Positions 23,957 through 32,000 of a stretch of DNA of 32,000 bases are shown in pieces. The notes beneath the pieces were generated by a model, which saw only the letters and a program-made list of their open reading frames with translations, was not told where the DNA came from and searched no databases. This stretch comes from Opitutia bacterium KCR 482 (GTDB lineage: Bacteria; Verrucomicrobiota; Verrucomicrobiia; Opitutales; Intestinicryptomonadaceae). The first letter of the stretch is position 1. Each line of letters begins with the position of its first letter. The position numbers were made by a program, and so were the translations under genes. The DNA lies in NCBI GenBank assembly GCA_029269845.2, contig CP149973.1, positions 450,001 through 482,000 of the forward strand. The letters are read 5' to 3'.

Positions 23957-26900
23957 TTATTTTAGCGGAACGGTTTTCGAGAACACTACCTCCGCCGCGC
24001 CGATTATACCAGACGGTATCGCCCCCTGTTTCCACGACCTGTCGATTCCCCTTGCGGGAACGGGCTTTTTGCCTTTTTCCGGAAAGTGGTAGCCCATCGA
24101 GTTAGACCACGTTATGCGTTGGTCTGCGGGCAGAGTCGCGTCGTACAAACAGCGGTTCACCCAAGTGTTGCCGACTTCCACTTCTATTTTGTTGCTACCT
24201 GACTTTGCAAACTTTGTGATGTCGAGCACAAACGGCCTTTTCCAGAGCGTGCCAGCAAACTTTCCGTTCACTTTTACCCGCCCTATTTCCATGACGTTTC
24301 CGAAACGCAGATACGCGCGTTCGTCCTTGCCGAGCTTGGGAAGATTTACACTCAGTTTATATACGCCCTTGCCAGAATAGTTCGCAATGCGCGGGTCGGA
24401 GTTTTCAGTCCACGAGGCGAACTTTTCGAACTCCGCGCTCTTCGGCGCGCCGTAGTTCTCTTCGAACTCCACCGTAAACGGCGTTTTTATATTTACGCTC
24501 TTGCGCACTTTTTCGGCCTTTGCCGAAACCTTTGCGCCGTCCGAAAGCGTTGCGGCAACTTCGCCCGCGTTGAAAAATTCCGCCACGACGCCGTTTTCTT
24601 CCGAAATCAGGCGCGTTTGGACGTCGGCTACGTCAAAGCTTTCCCGCGTTTTCGGGAATGTCTGCCTGTCGTCGATTTTGGATTCGACAACCGTCACATT
24701 CGTCGCTTTGCCGTCGAAGACCACAAACACCGAGTCGTTGCGGCGGAGGTCGAGGCGGAGCGTCGTATAGCCGTCAGACTCCCTGCGTTCGACAATTTCG
24801 GTGCGCGTCGCCGTTTCGGGATTCCAGAGTTCCGCCCTGCCCGTCGCGTCGAAGGAAATTTCGAAAGACTTGTCGTTTTTGGCGCAGTTGACGACATAGA
24901 ACCACTTTGCGCCGTTTGCGTGTTCGCGCGCGATTACCGCAAGCTGGTAGACGTCCGTTTTGTAGGCGGGGCGCAGCTTCATGTCGGCGACAACGGCGGC
25001 GGTTTTGTAGCCGACGTACACTTTGCCCCTGCCGATTTTCACAATCCCCTTTTTGCCGTCGCCGAAGAGTTCGCGGGCGAGCTTCCGCCACTGCGCGTCG
25101 GCTTTCGCGCCGCCGATTAGCGTGCGGGAAATCGGCAGTTTTTCGGCGGAAACCGTCGCGCCGGCGGAGACGAGTTTTTTGAGCGCAAGCAGGGTTTCGA
25201 CGCGCAAAACGGCGTCCGGGGCGATGTCGAGCAGTTTGTATTCTATGCGCCCGGGGGAAACGAGCTTGCCGTCTTTTACGCGCAGAAAGTTTCGGACGCA
25301 GTCGCCGTTGATTTTGTTGCAGTAAAAGCCTTTGGGAAGTTGGGGAAAGCCCGCCATCACGGGCGGCTCGTCTGTCATGAGCCGCAAAATATCGACCCGC
25401 GCCCTGCCCTGCTGCATTAGGTATTGCGAGCGCGAGATGTAGTCGAAGAAATCGCGAGCGAGCGAAAACCACGGCATTTTGCGGTTTATGCAGCTGCCCC
25501 ACGGCTCCATCTGCCACCCCGGTACGCGCTCGTCGGGCTGGTGGGCGAAGTCGTGGAAGACGAGCACGTTCATGCCCGCAAGCAAAATGCTGTCGGCAAC
25601 GCCTTTGAGGACAAGCGGAGAGTCCGACCAGTTGCCCTGCGCCTGCGAGAGCGCCTCGCAGGTCGCCATAGACTTGCCGAAAAACTGCGTCGCCGACGCG
25701 ACCTCGCGGGTCGGAATGTACTTTGGGGCTGCTATTTCCTTTAAATCGCGGCAACTCTGCCAGATTTCGTCCTGCGGAATGTCGGCATGCTTGAAAAGCG
25801 AAAGCTGGTCGCGCAGCGACGCAACCTCCACGACAGGCTCGCACTCGTAGGTCATGCCCATTGCGCGGAGGCGTTTGCCGATTTTCCCGTAGAAATTTTC
25901 GTTCACAGTGTGCGCGGTGAACGCGCGGAGGTCGGCGGCGAACTTCTCTGTCGCCTCCTTGCTGCCGACGACTTCCCCGAGCATTGCGGGCAGCCACGGC
26001 ATGATGTCGTAGCCCGCGAATTTGCGGAACATGGCGGGCATGTCGGCAGTCCAGTTTTGCGGGCCGCATTCCCAGGAGTCGGTCTCGACGTATTTGAAGA
26101 CGCTTCCGGCGCTGCCGCCGGCGGCTTCGACCATTTTGGAAACGTAGCTGTCGATGTGGAAATCGGTCGCGGCGGGGTCGAGCTTGTCCGATTCAAGCCC
26201 GATTCCTTCGGGCGTCGCGGGGTGGTTGTACTCGCCGTTGATTGTGTAGCCCACGCGGACTACCTCCCACTCGTCTTCGGGAACGAGCCACTCTACGGTG
26301 TTGTCCGCGCCGATTTTCCCCTTGATGAAAACTATTTTCTTGGGGTCTATCACCGCTTTTGCTGGAATTTCCGCGGCGGCGTATGAAATGTGCAGAGAGC
26401 GTCCCCGCGCGGTTTTGATTCCGAAAGAGGCAATATACGGCGAGTTTCGGGCGACAGTCCCCGACGGAATAAGCTCGACGGAATCCACTACAACGCCCGT
26501 CGAGTTGTCCTTTGCGGCGCGTTTGCCGATTCGCCAGAACTTTGCCGTGGTAGACGGAAACGAGACAAAAGACTCGTTGGAATCTTTGTTAAGCTCGGCG
26601 ATTTCGCGGAAATTTTTGCCGTCGTCGGAAACCGCCAAGAACAGATTTTTGGGCATCGACCACGACCACCTCGAATTGAAATATATCGACGACGCCTCGA
26701 AGGGTTTGTCGAATTCGAAATCCGCCCCGTACCACTTGTAGTCGGCGCGGGACGGGCGGAACTGGAACGCAAAGCGCGTTTTTGCGTCTTTTGAGAACGC
26801 CTCCGCGTAGTTGCGCGCAAACGGGGCGGTTTCGGCGTTTGCGGGCTTCAAGTTTTTGAAATGCCTTTGCATTGCCGATTCCGTCGGGCGGAACGCGGGG

Positions 26901-27505
26901 TACGCTACAACTGCGATGTCCCTGTAAAACGGCTTTGCCGCCTTGTCGAAAGGGTTCGGAACTGCGTACGGGCGCGGCAGTTTTATCTTCTGGACGCCGC
27001 CGTTGCCCTTTGCGCGGACAGTCGAAGACGTCAGTTTTTTCATCGCAATTTCGGGCGTAATCCACGGGCCCGCCGCCTCGGACCAGCCGTCGCAGTTGTG
27101 GATTCCGATTTCCATTCCGTACTTTTTCGCGGTCTCGACAGTGTAGGCGAAATTTTCGAACCACTCCTTAGAGTTGAACTTCAAACTGCCGACGGGCGTA
27201 TTCACTTGGGGCGTTCCGCTGATGTTGAAAATAATCGCCGCCCCGTAGTTGTTTTCCGACATCGACTTCAAGTCGCGGTCTATGCCCTCGCGCGAGACGT
27301 TTCCGTTTATCCAGTGCCACCACGTCTGCACGCGCGCCTTGCCTTTCGGCGAAACGAAGCCCTCGAATACCGGCGCGCTTTCGGGCGCGTCCGGATTGTA
27401 GTTTGTGTATTTGTAGAACTCGGAATCGCTCCCCGCGCCCAAGCATGCGTTTGCGGCAAACAACGCCGCAAACGACTTTGCCGTTATAGATTTAAATTTC
27501 CCCAT
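23957..27505 (-). CDS. Secreted glycoside-hydrolase-like protein (GH106-like N-terminal barrel, discoidin-like insert, C-terminal GH2-type jelly-roll), 1182 aa, paralogue A
   Basis: Signal peptide (MGKFKSITAKSFAALFAANACLGAG). RVQTWWHWINGNVSREGIDRDLKSMSENNYGAAIIFN is typical of the 'WxWMNGN..EGI..DLE.MK..G' glycosidase family as I recall it. The C-terminus (YLRFGNVMEIGRVKVNGKFAGTLWKRPFVLDITKF..SGSNKIEVEVGNTWVNR) resembles the glycosyl-hydrolase jelly-roll domain. Confidence 0.7.
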   Translation of the reverse strand: MGKFKSITAKSFAALFAANACLGAGSDSEFYKYTNYNPDAPESAPVFEGFVSPKGKARVQTWWHWINGNVSREGIDRDLKSMSENNYGAAIIFNISGTPQVNTPVGSLKFNSKEWFENFAYTVETAKKYGMEIGIHNCDGWSEAAGPWITPEIAMKKLTSSTVRAKGNGGVQKIKLPRPYAVPNPFDKAAKPFYRDIAVVAYPAFRPTESAMQRHFKNLKPANAETAPFARNYAEAFSKDAKTRFAFQFRPSRADYKWYGADFEFDKPFEASSIYFNSRWSWSMPKNLFLAVSDDGKNFREIAELNKDSNESFVSFPSTTAKFWRIGKRAAKDNSTGVVVDSVELIPSGTVARNSPYIASFGIKTARGRSLHISYAAAEIPAKAVIDPKKIVFIKGKIGADNTVEWLVPEDEWEVVRVGYTINGEYNHPATPEGIGLESDKLDPAATDFHIDSYVSKMVEAAGGSAGSVFKYVETDSWECGPQNWTADMPAMFRKFAGYDIMPWLPAMLGEVVGSKEATEKFAADLRAFTAHTVNENFYGKIGKRLRAMGMTYECEPVVEVASLRDQLSLFKHADIPQDEIWQSCRDLKEIAAPKYIPTREVASATQFFGKSMATCEALSQAQGNWSDSPLVLKGVADSILLAGMNVLVFHDFAHQPDERVPGWQMEPWGSCINRKMPWFSLARDFFDYISRSQYLMQQGRARVDILRLMTDEPPVMAGFPQLPKGFYCNKINGDCVRNFLRVKDGKLVSPGRIEYKLLDIAPDAVLRVETLLALKKLVSAGATVSAEKLPISRTLIGGAKADAQWRKLARELFGDGKKGIVKIGRGKVYVGYKTAAVVADMKLRPAYKTDVYQLAVIAREHANGAKWFYVVNCAKNDKSFEISFDATGRAELWNPETATRTEIVERRESDGYTTLRLDLRRNDSVFVVFDGKATNVTVVESKIDDRQTFPKTRESFDVADVQTRLISEENGVVAEFFNAGEVAATLSDGAKVSAKAEKVRKSVNIKTPFTVEFEENYGAPKSAEFEKFASWTENSDPRIANYSGKGVYKLSVNLPKLGKDERAYLRFGNVMEIGRVKVNGKFAGTLWKRPFVLDITKFAKSGSNKIEVEVGNTWVNRCLYDATLPADQRITWSNSMGYHFPEKGKKPVPARGIDRSWKQGAIPSGIIGAAEVVFSKTVPLK
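23960..24584. repeat. 3'-terminal near-identical block, copy A (pairs with 27522..28146)
   Basis: Hand alignment of 625 nt at a constant offset of 3562. I counted about nine single-base differences, plus one fully replaced 27-nt patch (24039-24065). Confidence 0.9.
25421..25576. repeat. Internal high-identity block, copy A (pairs with 28983..29138)
   Basis: About 156 nt at the same 3562 offset with only scattered mismatches. It encodes VLVFHDFAHQPDERVPGWQMEPWGSCINRKMPWFSLARDFFDYISRSQY. Confidence 0.8.
27057..27471. repeat. 5'-terminal high-identity block, copy A (pairs with 30634..31048)
   Basis: About 415 nt at offset 3577 with high identity, apart from a diverged patch of about 50 nt (about 27168-27215). 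It covers the signal-peptide end and the first 140 codons or so. Confidence 0.85.
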
Positions 27506-27518
27506 GTGCCGAAGTTTT

Positions 27519-30500
27519 CTATTTTAGCGGAACGGTTTTCGAGAACACTACCTCCGCCGCGCCGATTATACCAGACGGTATCGCCCCCTGTTTCCACGAC
27601 ATATCCCTGCCCTGGTTGGGCTGCGCCTTTTTGCCTTTTTCCGGAAAGTGGTAGCCCATCGAGTTAGACCACGTTATGCGTTGGTCTGCGGGCAGAGTCG
27701 CGTCGTACAAACAGCGGTTCACCCAGGTGTTGCCGACTTCCACTTCTATTTTGTTGCTACCAGACTTTGCAAACTTTGTGATGTCGAGCACAAACGGCCT
27801 TTTCCAGAGCGTGCCAGCAAACTTTCCGTTCACTTTTACACGCCCTATTTCCATGACGTTTCCGAAACGCAGATACGCGCGTTCGTCCTTGCCGAGCTTG
27901 GGAAGATTTACACTCAGTTTGTAGACGCCCTTGCCCGAATAGTTCGCAATGCGCGGGTCGGAGTTTTCAGTCCACGAGGCGAACTTTTCGAACTCCGCGC
28001 TCTTCGGCGCGCCGTACTTCTCTTCGAACTCCACGGTAAACGGCGTTTTTATATTTACGCTCTTGCGCACTTTTTCGGCCTTTGCCGAAACCTTTGCGCC
28101 GTCCGAAAGCGTTGCCGCAACTTCGCCCGCGTTGAAAAATTCCGCCGAAAGCCCGTCGCCCGCGCGTACGAGGCGCGGCTGGTTTTGGACGATTTCGCCG
28201 GACGGTTTTTCGTTCGGAAAAGTCTTTTTGCCGTCGAGCGAAATTTCAGTTGCGAAAACTTTTTTCGGCGAGGGCGTGAAGACAACAAACAGCGAATCGT
28301 TGCGGCGCATTTCAAGCTTTACGCGCGTGTAGCCGTCGCTTTCGCGCTTTTCCAGAATTTCGGTGCGCGCCGCCGTTTCGGGATTCCAGATTTCGGCTTT
28401 GCCCGTCGCGTCGAAGGAAATTTCGAAAGTTCTGTCGTTTTCGCTGCGGTTGACGACATAGAACCACTTTTTGCCGTCGACGTGCACGCGCGGCATAATG
28501 GAGAGCCTGTCCACCGAAGTAATGTACGACTGGCGGATTTTAAGAATCTGCGCCATTTCCCATGCGCTGTAACCGAAATACACTTTTCCCTTGCCGATTT
28601 TCACAATTCCCTTTTTGCCGTCGCCGAAAAGCTCGCGCGAAAGTTCGCTCCACTGCGACAGCGCCTTTTTGCCGCCGCTGAGCGTCATAAACTCGGGTCT
28701 CTTTTCTGCGTTTACGATTGCGCCCTCGGAAACGAGTTTTTTCAGGGCGGCAAGCGTTTCCAATCGCAAAGCCGCATCGGACGAAATATCGAGGAAATCG
28801 TACTCTATGCGCCCCGGGGAAACGAGTTTGCCGTCTTTTACGCGCAGGTAATTGCGCACGCATTCGCCGTTGATTCTGTCCGAAAAAATTCCGGAGGGAA
28901 GTTTGGGGTGCGCGGCGGCAATCGGCGGAACCTCCTTCATAAGGCGCAAAACGCGCACGCACGCCTTGCCCTGTTGGAGCATGTATTGCGAGCGCGAAAT
29001 GTAGTCGAAGAAGTCGCGCGCAAGCGAAAACCACGGCATTTTGCGGTTTATGCAGCTGCCCCACGGCTCCATCTGCCAGCCGGGGACGCGCTCGTCGGGC
29101 TGGTGGGCGAAGTCGTGGAAGACGAGCACGTTCATGCCGCTTGTCAGAATCGTGTCTATTGCGCCTTTGAGCGAAAGCGGAGAATCCGACCAGTTGCCCT
29201 GCTGTTGGGTGAGCGCCTCGCACGTCGCCATCGACTTGCCGAAGAAGCTCGTTGCGGAGGCGACCATTCTGCCCATATCCCACGTGGGGACAGCCGGCTT
29301 GCCGACTTCCCGGTAGCCCTGCCAGATTTCGTCCTGCGGAATGTCGGTTTTCATGTACAGGGAAATTTGGTCTTTGAGAGAAGCTTCGTTTGTGGGTTCG
29401 CTTTCGTATTTAAGCCCGCGCGCGCGAATGCGTTCGCCGAGCCTGCCGTAGAAATTTTTCATCACAAGGTGCGATGTCGTTTTGCGCAAGTCGGCGGCGA
29501 ACTTTTCGGTCGCGTCGGCGCTTTCCACAATCTCCCCGAGCATTGCGGGCAGCCACGGCATGATGTCGTAGCCGTTAAGTTTTTTGAACTCTTCGGGCAT
29601 TTTCTGCGTCCAGTTCATCGGTCCGCATTCCCAAGAATCGGTCTCTATATATTTGAAGACACTGCCGGCGTTGTCGCCCGCGGCGTCAATCATTTTGGAA
29701 ATGTAGGAATCGAAATGGAAGTCGGTGGCCTCCGCGCTGAGCTTGTCGGACTCCAAGCCCACGCCCGCGGGGCTTGCGGGGTGGTTTGTGTGCCCGTTCG
29801 TTGTGAAGCCCACTCGGATTACCTCCCACTCGCCTTCGGGAACGCGCCACTGCATTGTGCCGTCCGCCGAAATTTTCTCCTTTACGAAGATTATTTTCTT
29901 GGGGTCGATGACCGCCTTTGCGGGAACGGGTTCGACACCGCGCGGGAGCAAACCGATATTGCTGCGGTCGGCGGCGACTTTAACCATAAACAGGGGAATG
30001 AACGAAGCGTTCCTCGGAACTGTCCCGCTCGGGACAAGCTCGATTTCGCCGATGTTCATTCTTATCTGGGCATAGTGTGTGGGCGAAGGACTTGTCCGCT
30101 TTTCCACGCGCCAATATTTGGCCGTTGTTGAGGGAATCTTGATATAGACCTCGTTGGAATGTTTCTCGAATTTGAGTTCGGCAATTTCGCGGAAGTTTTT
30201 GCCGTCGTCGGAGACAAGCAGAAACACGTTCTTGGGATAGAACCAAGACCATTTCAAATTGACGAAAACCGACGACGCCTCGAAGGGCTTTTCGAACTCG
30301 AAATCGATTCCGTAGCTCTGGTAGTCGCCTTTTGTTGCGCCGAATGTAAGCGCGGACTTCAAGTCGCCGTCGAGCATGGCGTCGGGCTTGCCGACGAGAA
30401 ATTTTGTGATTCCGTTGGCGGGCTTGACGCTTTTGAGCGCGGATTTCATCGCAACTTCGGCGGGACGGAACGCGGGATACGCGACAACCGCAATGTCTTC

Positions 30501-31073
30501 GTAATAGTCTTTCGAGCCTTTCTTCGTGTGGTCTTTGCCCATCCACGGCTTCGGGAATTTTATGCTCTGCACCTGTCCGTCGCCCTTTGCGCGCACTTTG
30601 GAGCTTGTCAGACGCTTCATCGAAAGTTCGGGGGTAATCCACGGGCCGCCCGCCTCCGACCAGCCGTCGCAGTTGTGGATTCCGATTTCCATTCCGTACT
30701 TCTTCGCGGTCTCGACTGTGTAGGCAAAATTTTCGAACCACTCTTTTGAATTGAATTTCACCGCGCCTTCGGGAGCGCGTATTGCGTCCGAACCGCTGAT
30801 GTTGAAGATTATCGCCGCCCCGTAGTTGTTTTCCGACATCGACTTCAAGTCGCGGTCAATGCCCTCGCGCGAGACGTTCGAGTTTATCCAGTGCCACCAC
30901 GTCTGCACGCGCGCCTTGCCTTTCGGCGAAACGAAGCCCTCGAATATCGGCGCGCTTTCGGGCGCGTCCGGATTGTAGTTTGTGTATTTGTAGAACTCGG
31001 AATCGCTCCCCGCGCCCAAGCATGCGTTTGCGGCAAACAACGCCGCAATTCCCGTAATTGTAGCTTTCATCAT
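27519..31073 (-). CDS. Secreted glycoside-hydrolase-like protein, paralogue B of 23957..27505, about 1184 aa
   Basis: Start at MMKATITGIAALFAANACLGAG (31073 or 31070; track Met at 31139 rejected as a non-signal extension). Same domain order as paralogue A. Its stop lies 13 nt before the ATG of paralogue A. Confidence 0.7.
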   Translation of the reverse strand: MMKATITGIAALFAANACLGAGSDSEFYKYTNYNPDAPESAPIFEGFVSPKGKARVQTWWHWINSNVSREGIDRDLKSMSENNYGAAIIFNISGSDAIRAPEGAVKFNSKEWFENFAYTVETAKKYGMEIGIHNCDGWSEAGGPWITPELSMKRLTSSKVRAKGDGQVQSIKFPKPWMGKDHTKKGSKDYYEDIAVVAYPAFRPAEVAMKSALKSVKPANGITKFLVGKPDAMLDGDLKSALTFGATKGDYQSYGIDFEFEKPFEASSVFVNLKWSWFYPKNVFLLVSDDGKNFREIAELKFEKHSNEVYIKIPSTTAKYWRVEKRTSPSPTHYAQIRMNIGEIELVPSGTVPRNASFIPLFMVKVAADRSNIGLLPRGVEPVPAKAVIDPKKIIFVKEKISADGTMQWRVPEGEWEVIRVGFTTNGHTNHPASPAGVGLESDKLSAEATDFHFDSYISKMIDAAGDNAGSVFKYIETDSWECGPMNWTQKMPEEFKKLNGYDIMPWLPAMLGEIVESADATEKFAADLRKTTSHLVMKNFYGRLGERIRARGLKYESEPTNEASLKDQISLYMKTDIPQDEIWQGYREVGKPAVPTWDMGRMVASATSFFGKSMATCEALTQQQGNWSDSPLSLKGAIDTILTSGMNVLVFHDFAHQPDERVPGWQMEPWGSCINRKMPWFSLARDFFDYISRSQYMLQQGKACVRVLRLMKEVPPIAAAHPKLPSGIFSDRINGECVRNYLRVKDGKLVSPGRIEYDFLDISSDAALRLETLAALKKLVSEGAIVNAEKRPEFMTLSGGKKALSQWSELSRELFGDGKKGIVKIGKGKVYFGYSAWEMAQILKIRQSYITSVDRLSIMPRVHVDGKKWFYVVNRSENDRTFEISFDATGKAEIWNPETAARTEILEKRESDGYTRVKLEMRRNDSLFVVFTPSPKKVFATEISLDGKKTFPNEKPSGEIVQNQPRLVRAGDGLSAEFFNAGEVAATLSDGAKVSAKAEKVRKSVNIKTPFTVEFEEKYGAPKSAEFEKFASWTENSDPRIANYSGKGVYKLSVNLPKLGKDERAYLRFGNVMEIGRVKVNGKFAGTLWKRPFVLDITKFAKSGSNKIEVEVGNTWVNRCLYDATLPADQRITWSNSMGYHFPEKGKKAQPNQGRDMSWKQGAIPSGIIGAAEVVFSKTVPLK
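27522..28146. repeat. 3'-terminal near-identical block, copy B (pairs with 23960..24584)
   Basis: Same alignment as the copy A entry. Identity starts at the first codon upstream of the two different stop codons (TAA versus TAG) and stops abruptly at 28146. Confidence 0.9.
28983..29138. repeat. Internal high-identity block, copy B (pairs with 25421..25576)
   Basis: See the copy A entry. Confidence 0.8.
30634..31048. repeat. 5'-terminal high-identity block, copy B (pairs with 27057..27471)
   Basis: See the copy A entry. Confidence 0.85.
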
Positions 31074-31145
31074 AATGAACAAACAATAAACCAACTTCAC
31101 CCACACTTTCAACAATATTTTTGTCCGACACCTGCGCATTTGCGC

Positions 31146-31174
31146 TTGAAAACGCCGCGCCGCAAAAATAAAGT
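31146..31174 (+). promoter_or_regulatory. Candidate sigma70-type promoter of the GDPD gene
   Basis: TTGAAA (31146-31151), a 17-nt spacer, then TAAAGT (31169-31174), with the ATG 20 nt downstream. Confidence 0.35.
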
Positions 31175-31193
31175 GCTTTTGAATTTAACACAT

Positions 31194-32000
31194 ATGCCTA
31201 TGAAAAAACTACCGACCAAACTCGTCGCCGCCGCATGCGCGGTTATGTTCTCCGCAAGCGCGTTCGCCGCGCAGACAATCTACATTCACGCGCACAGGGG
31301 CGAACCGCACCTCGCGCCGCAAAACACGCCCGAAAGCATATCCCTTGCGTTCGAGCTCGGCGCGCGCATGATTGAAACCGACTTCCACCTCACGAAAGAC
31401 GGGACGATTGTGTGCATGCACATGCGCAAGGAACTGAGGGACATCTGGGGAATAGACAAAGAGCCGAAAGATTTGACAATCGGGGAAATCCGCGCAAGCA
31501 AGCTCGCCCACCCCGAAAAATTCGACAAACGCTACGCAAACTGCAAAATTCCGACAATCGACGACATCTTCGCCATCATTCCCAAGGACAAGTCGTTCGA
31601 GCTTGAAATCAAGACATACGGCGATGGATTTGCCGACAAGGTCGAAGCAGCCCGCAAGAAGGCGGGGCTTGGCTACAAAAACATTCTAATAACAAGCTTT
31701 GCGCCCGCGGTCATCAAGGACTTCAAGGAAAAATATCCGCAATACGAAACGCTCCTGATTGTCTCATGCCCCAAAAAGGGCAAACTTCCCGCAAAGGAGA
31801 TTATAAAAAAGGCGAAATACGCGAAAGCGTCGCAGGTTGCAATCGGCAACTACAAGAAGCTCGACAGGGCGTACATAAAGGAAATTCAGGACGCGGGATT
31901 CAAGGTCGGCCTTTGGCAGGTCGAAAACCTCAACGACCTCGCCATTGCCGCAAAGCTCGGCGCAGACCGCGTGTGCTCAAACTACTGCGCCAAGCTCCGC
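31194..32000 (+). CDS. Glycerophosphodiester phosphodiesterase (GDPD) family protein, secreted; 3' end beyond the window
   Basis: Not in the ORF track because no stop is reached. My manual translation gives 269 open codons. These comprise a signal peptide (MPMKKLPTKLVAAACAVMFSASAFAAQ), then IHAHRGEPHLAPQNTPESISLAFELGARMIETDFHLTKDGTIVCMH (GDPD catalytic His-Arg and E.D motifs) and a late GFKVGLWQVEN. Confidence 0.8.
   Translation, partial: MPMKKLPTKLVAAACAVMFSASAFAAQTIYIHAHRGEPHLAPQNTPESISLAFELGARMIETDFHLTKDGTIVCMHMRKELRDIWGIDKEPKDLTIGEIRASKLAHPEKFDKRYANCKIPTIDDIFAIIPKDKSFELEIKTYGDGFADKVEAARKKAGLGYKNILITSFAPAVIKDFKEKYPQYETLLIVSCPKKGKLPAKEIIKKAKYAKASQVAIGNYKKLDRAYIKEIQDAGFKVGLWQVENLNDLAIAAKLGADRVCSNYCAKLR

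Noticed and set aside
24774-26069. 431-aa same-strand, out-of-frame ORF inside paralogue A (and 28540..29283 inside B)
   Set aside because: These are extremely Arg/Pro/Ala-rich alternative frames of a GC-rich gene, with no start context or independent signal.
27648-30131. 827-aa plus-strand ORF, with similar ORFs at 24617..25120, 25787..26386 and 26861..27667
   Set aside because: These are shadow ORFs opposite the two glycosidase-like genes. The sense strand has a signal peptide, recognisable domains and a paralogue. The antisense products have none.
1-32000. Search for CRISPR arrays, IS elements, integrases, toxin-antitoxin pairs, restriction or defence genes, rRNA/tRNA genes
   Set aside because: None were found by eye. 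The only long repeats are the paralogue blocks at 23.9-31.1 kb, and the only RNA gene is ssrA.

Overview
This is a moderately GC-rich chromosomal window from a Gram-negative bacterium. The organism is possibly a member of the PVC group (Verrucomicrobia or Lentisphaerae-like), judging by a PEP-CTERM protein, a DUF1080 protein, large secreted glycosidase-like proteins and an outer-membrane porin. That placement is a guess from gene content only.

I support 25 CDS, one tmRNA, and a set of intrinsic terminators and regulatory sites. In order along the window:
- A three-gene envelope transport operon on the minus strand: polytopic membrane protein, porin, DASS/SLC13 symporter.
- A LysR regulator followed by a ThrE/YjjP-YjjB-like split exporter and a third membrane protein.
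- prfB with its programmed +1 frameshift.
- A Pro/Ala-rich tail-anchored protein coupled to trxA.
- ssrA (tmRNA).
- A 585-aa protein of unknown function.
- rbsK, glyQS, a DUF1080 protein, a small lipoprotein and a PEP-CTERM protein.
- A succinate-to-propionate cluster: mce, mmdA, mmdD, mmdC, mmdB and a succinate/propionyl-CoA transferase.
- Two tandem secreted glycosidase-like paralogues of about 1180 aa.
- The 5' part of a GDPD-family phosphodiesterase that runs off the window end and is absent from the ORF track.

I see no CRISPR array, integrase, transposase, toxin-antitoxin pair or recognisable defence or secretion system. I cannot honestly point to a clear new multi-gene system. The observations most worth follow-up are:
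- The block-wise, gene-conversion-like identity between the two glycosidase paralogues, including a 27-nt replaced patch.
- An insertion of about 160 aa with split biotinyl/lipoyl-like half motifs in the Na+-pump beta subunit MmdB.
- A repeated LysR-type operator with a near-consensus promoter in front of the exporter genes.
- A terminator-like leader in front of the transport operon.
- The unassignable 585-aa protein.

Nearly every long ORF on the strand opposite a real gene is a codon-aligned shadow ORF and was rejected.
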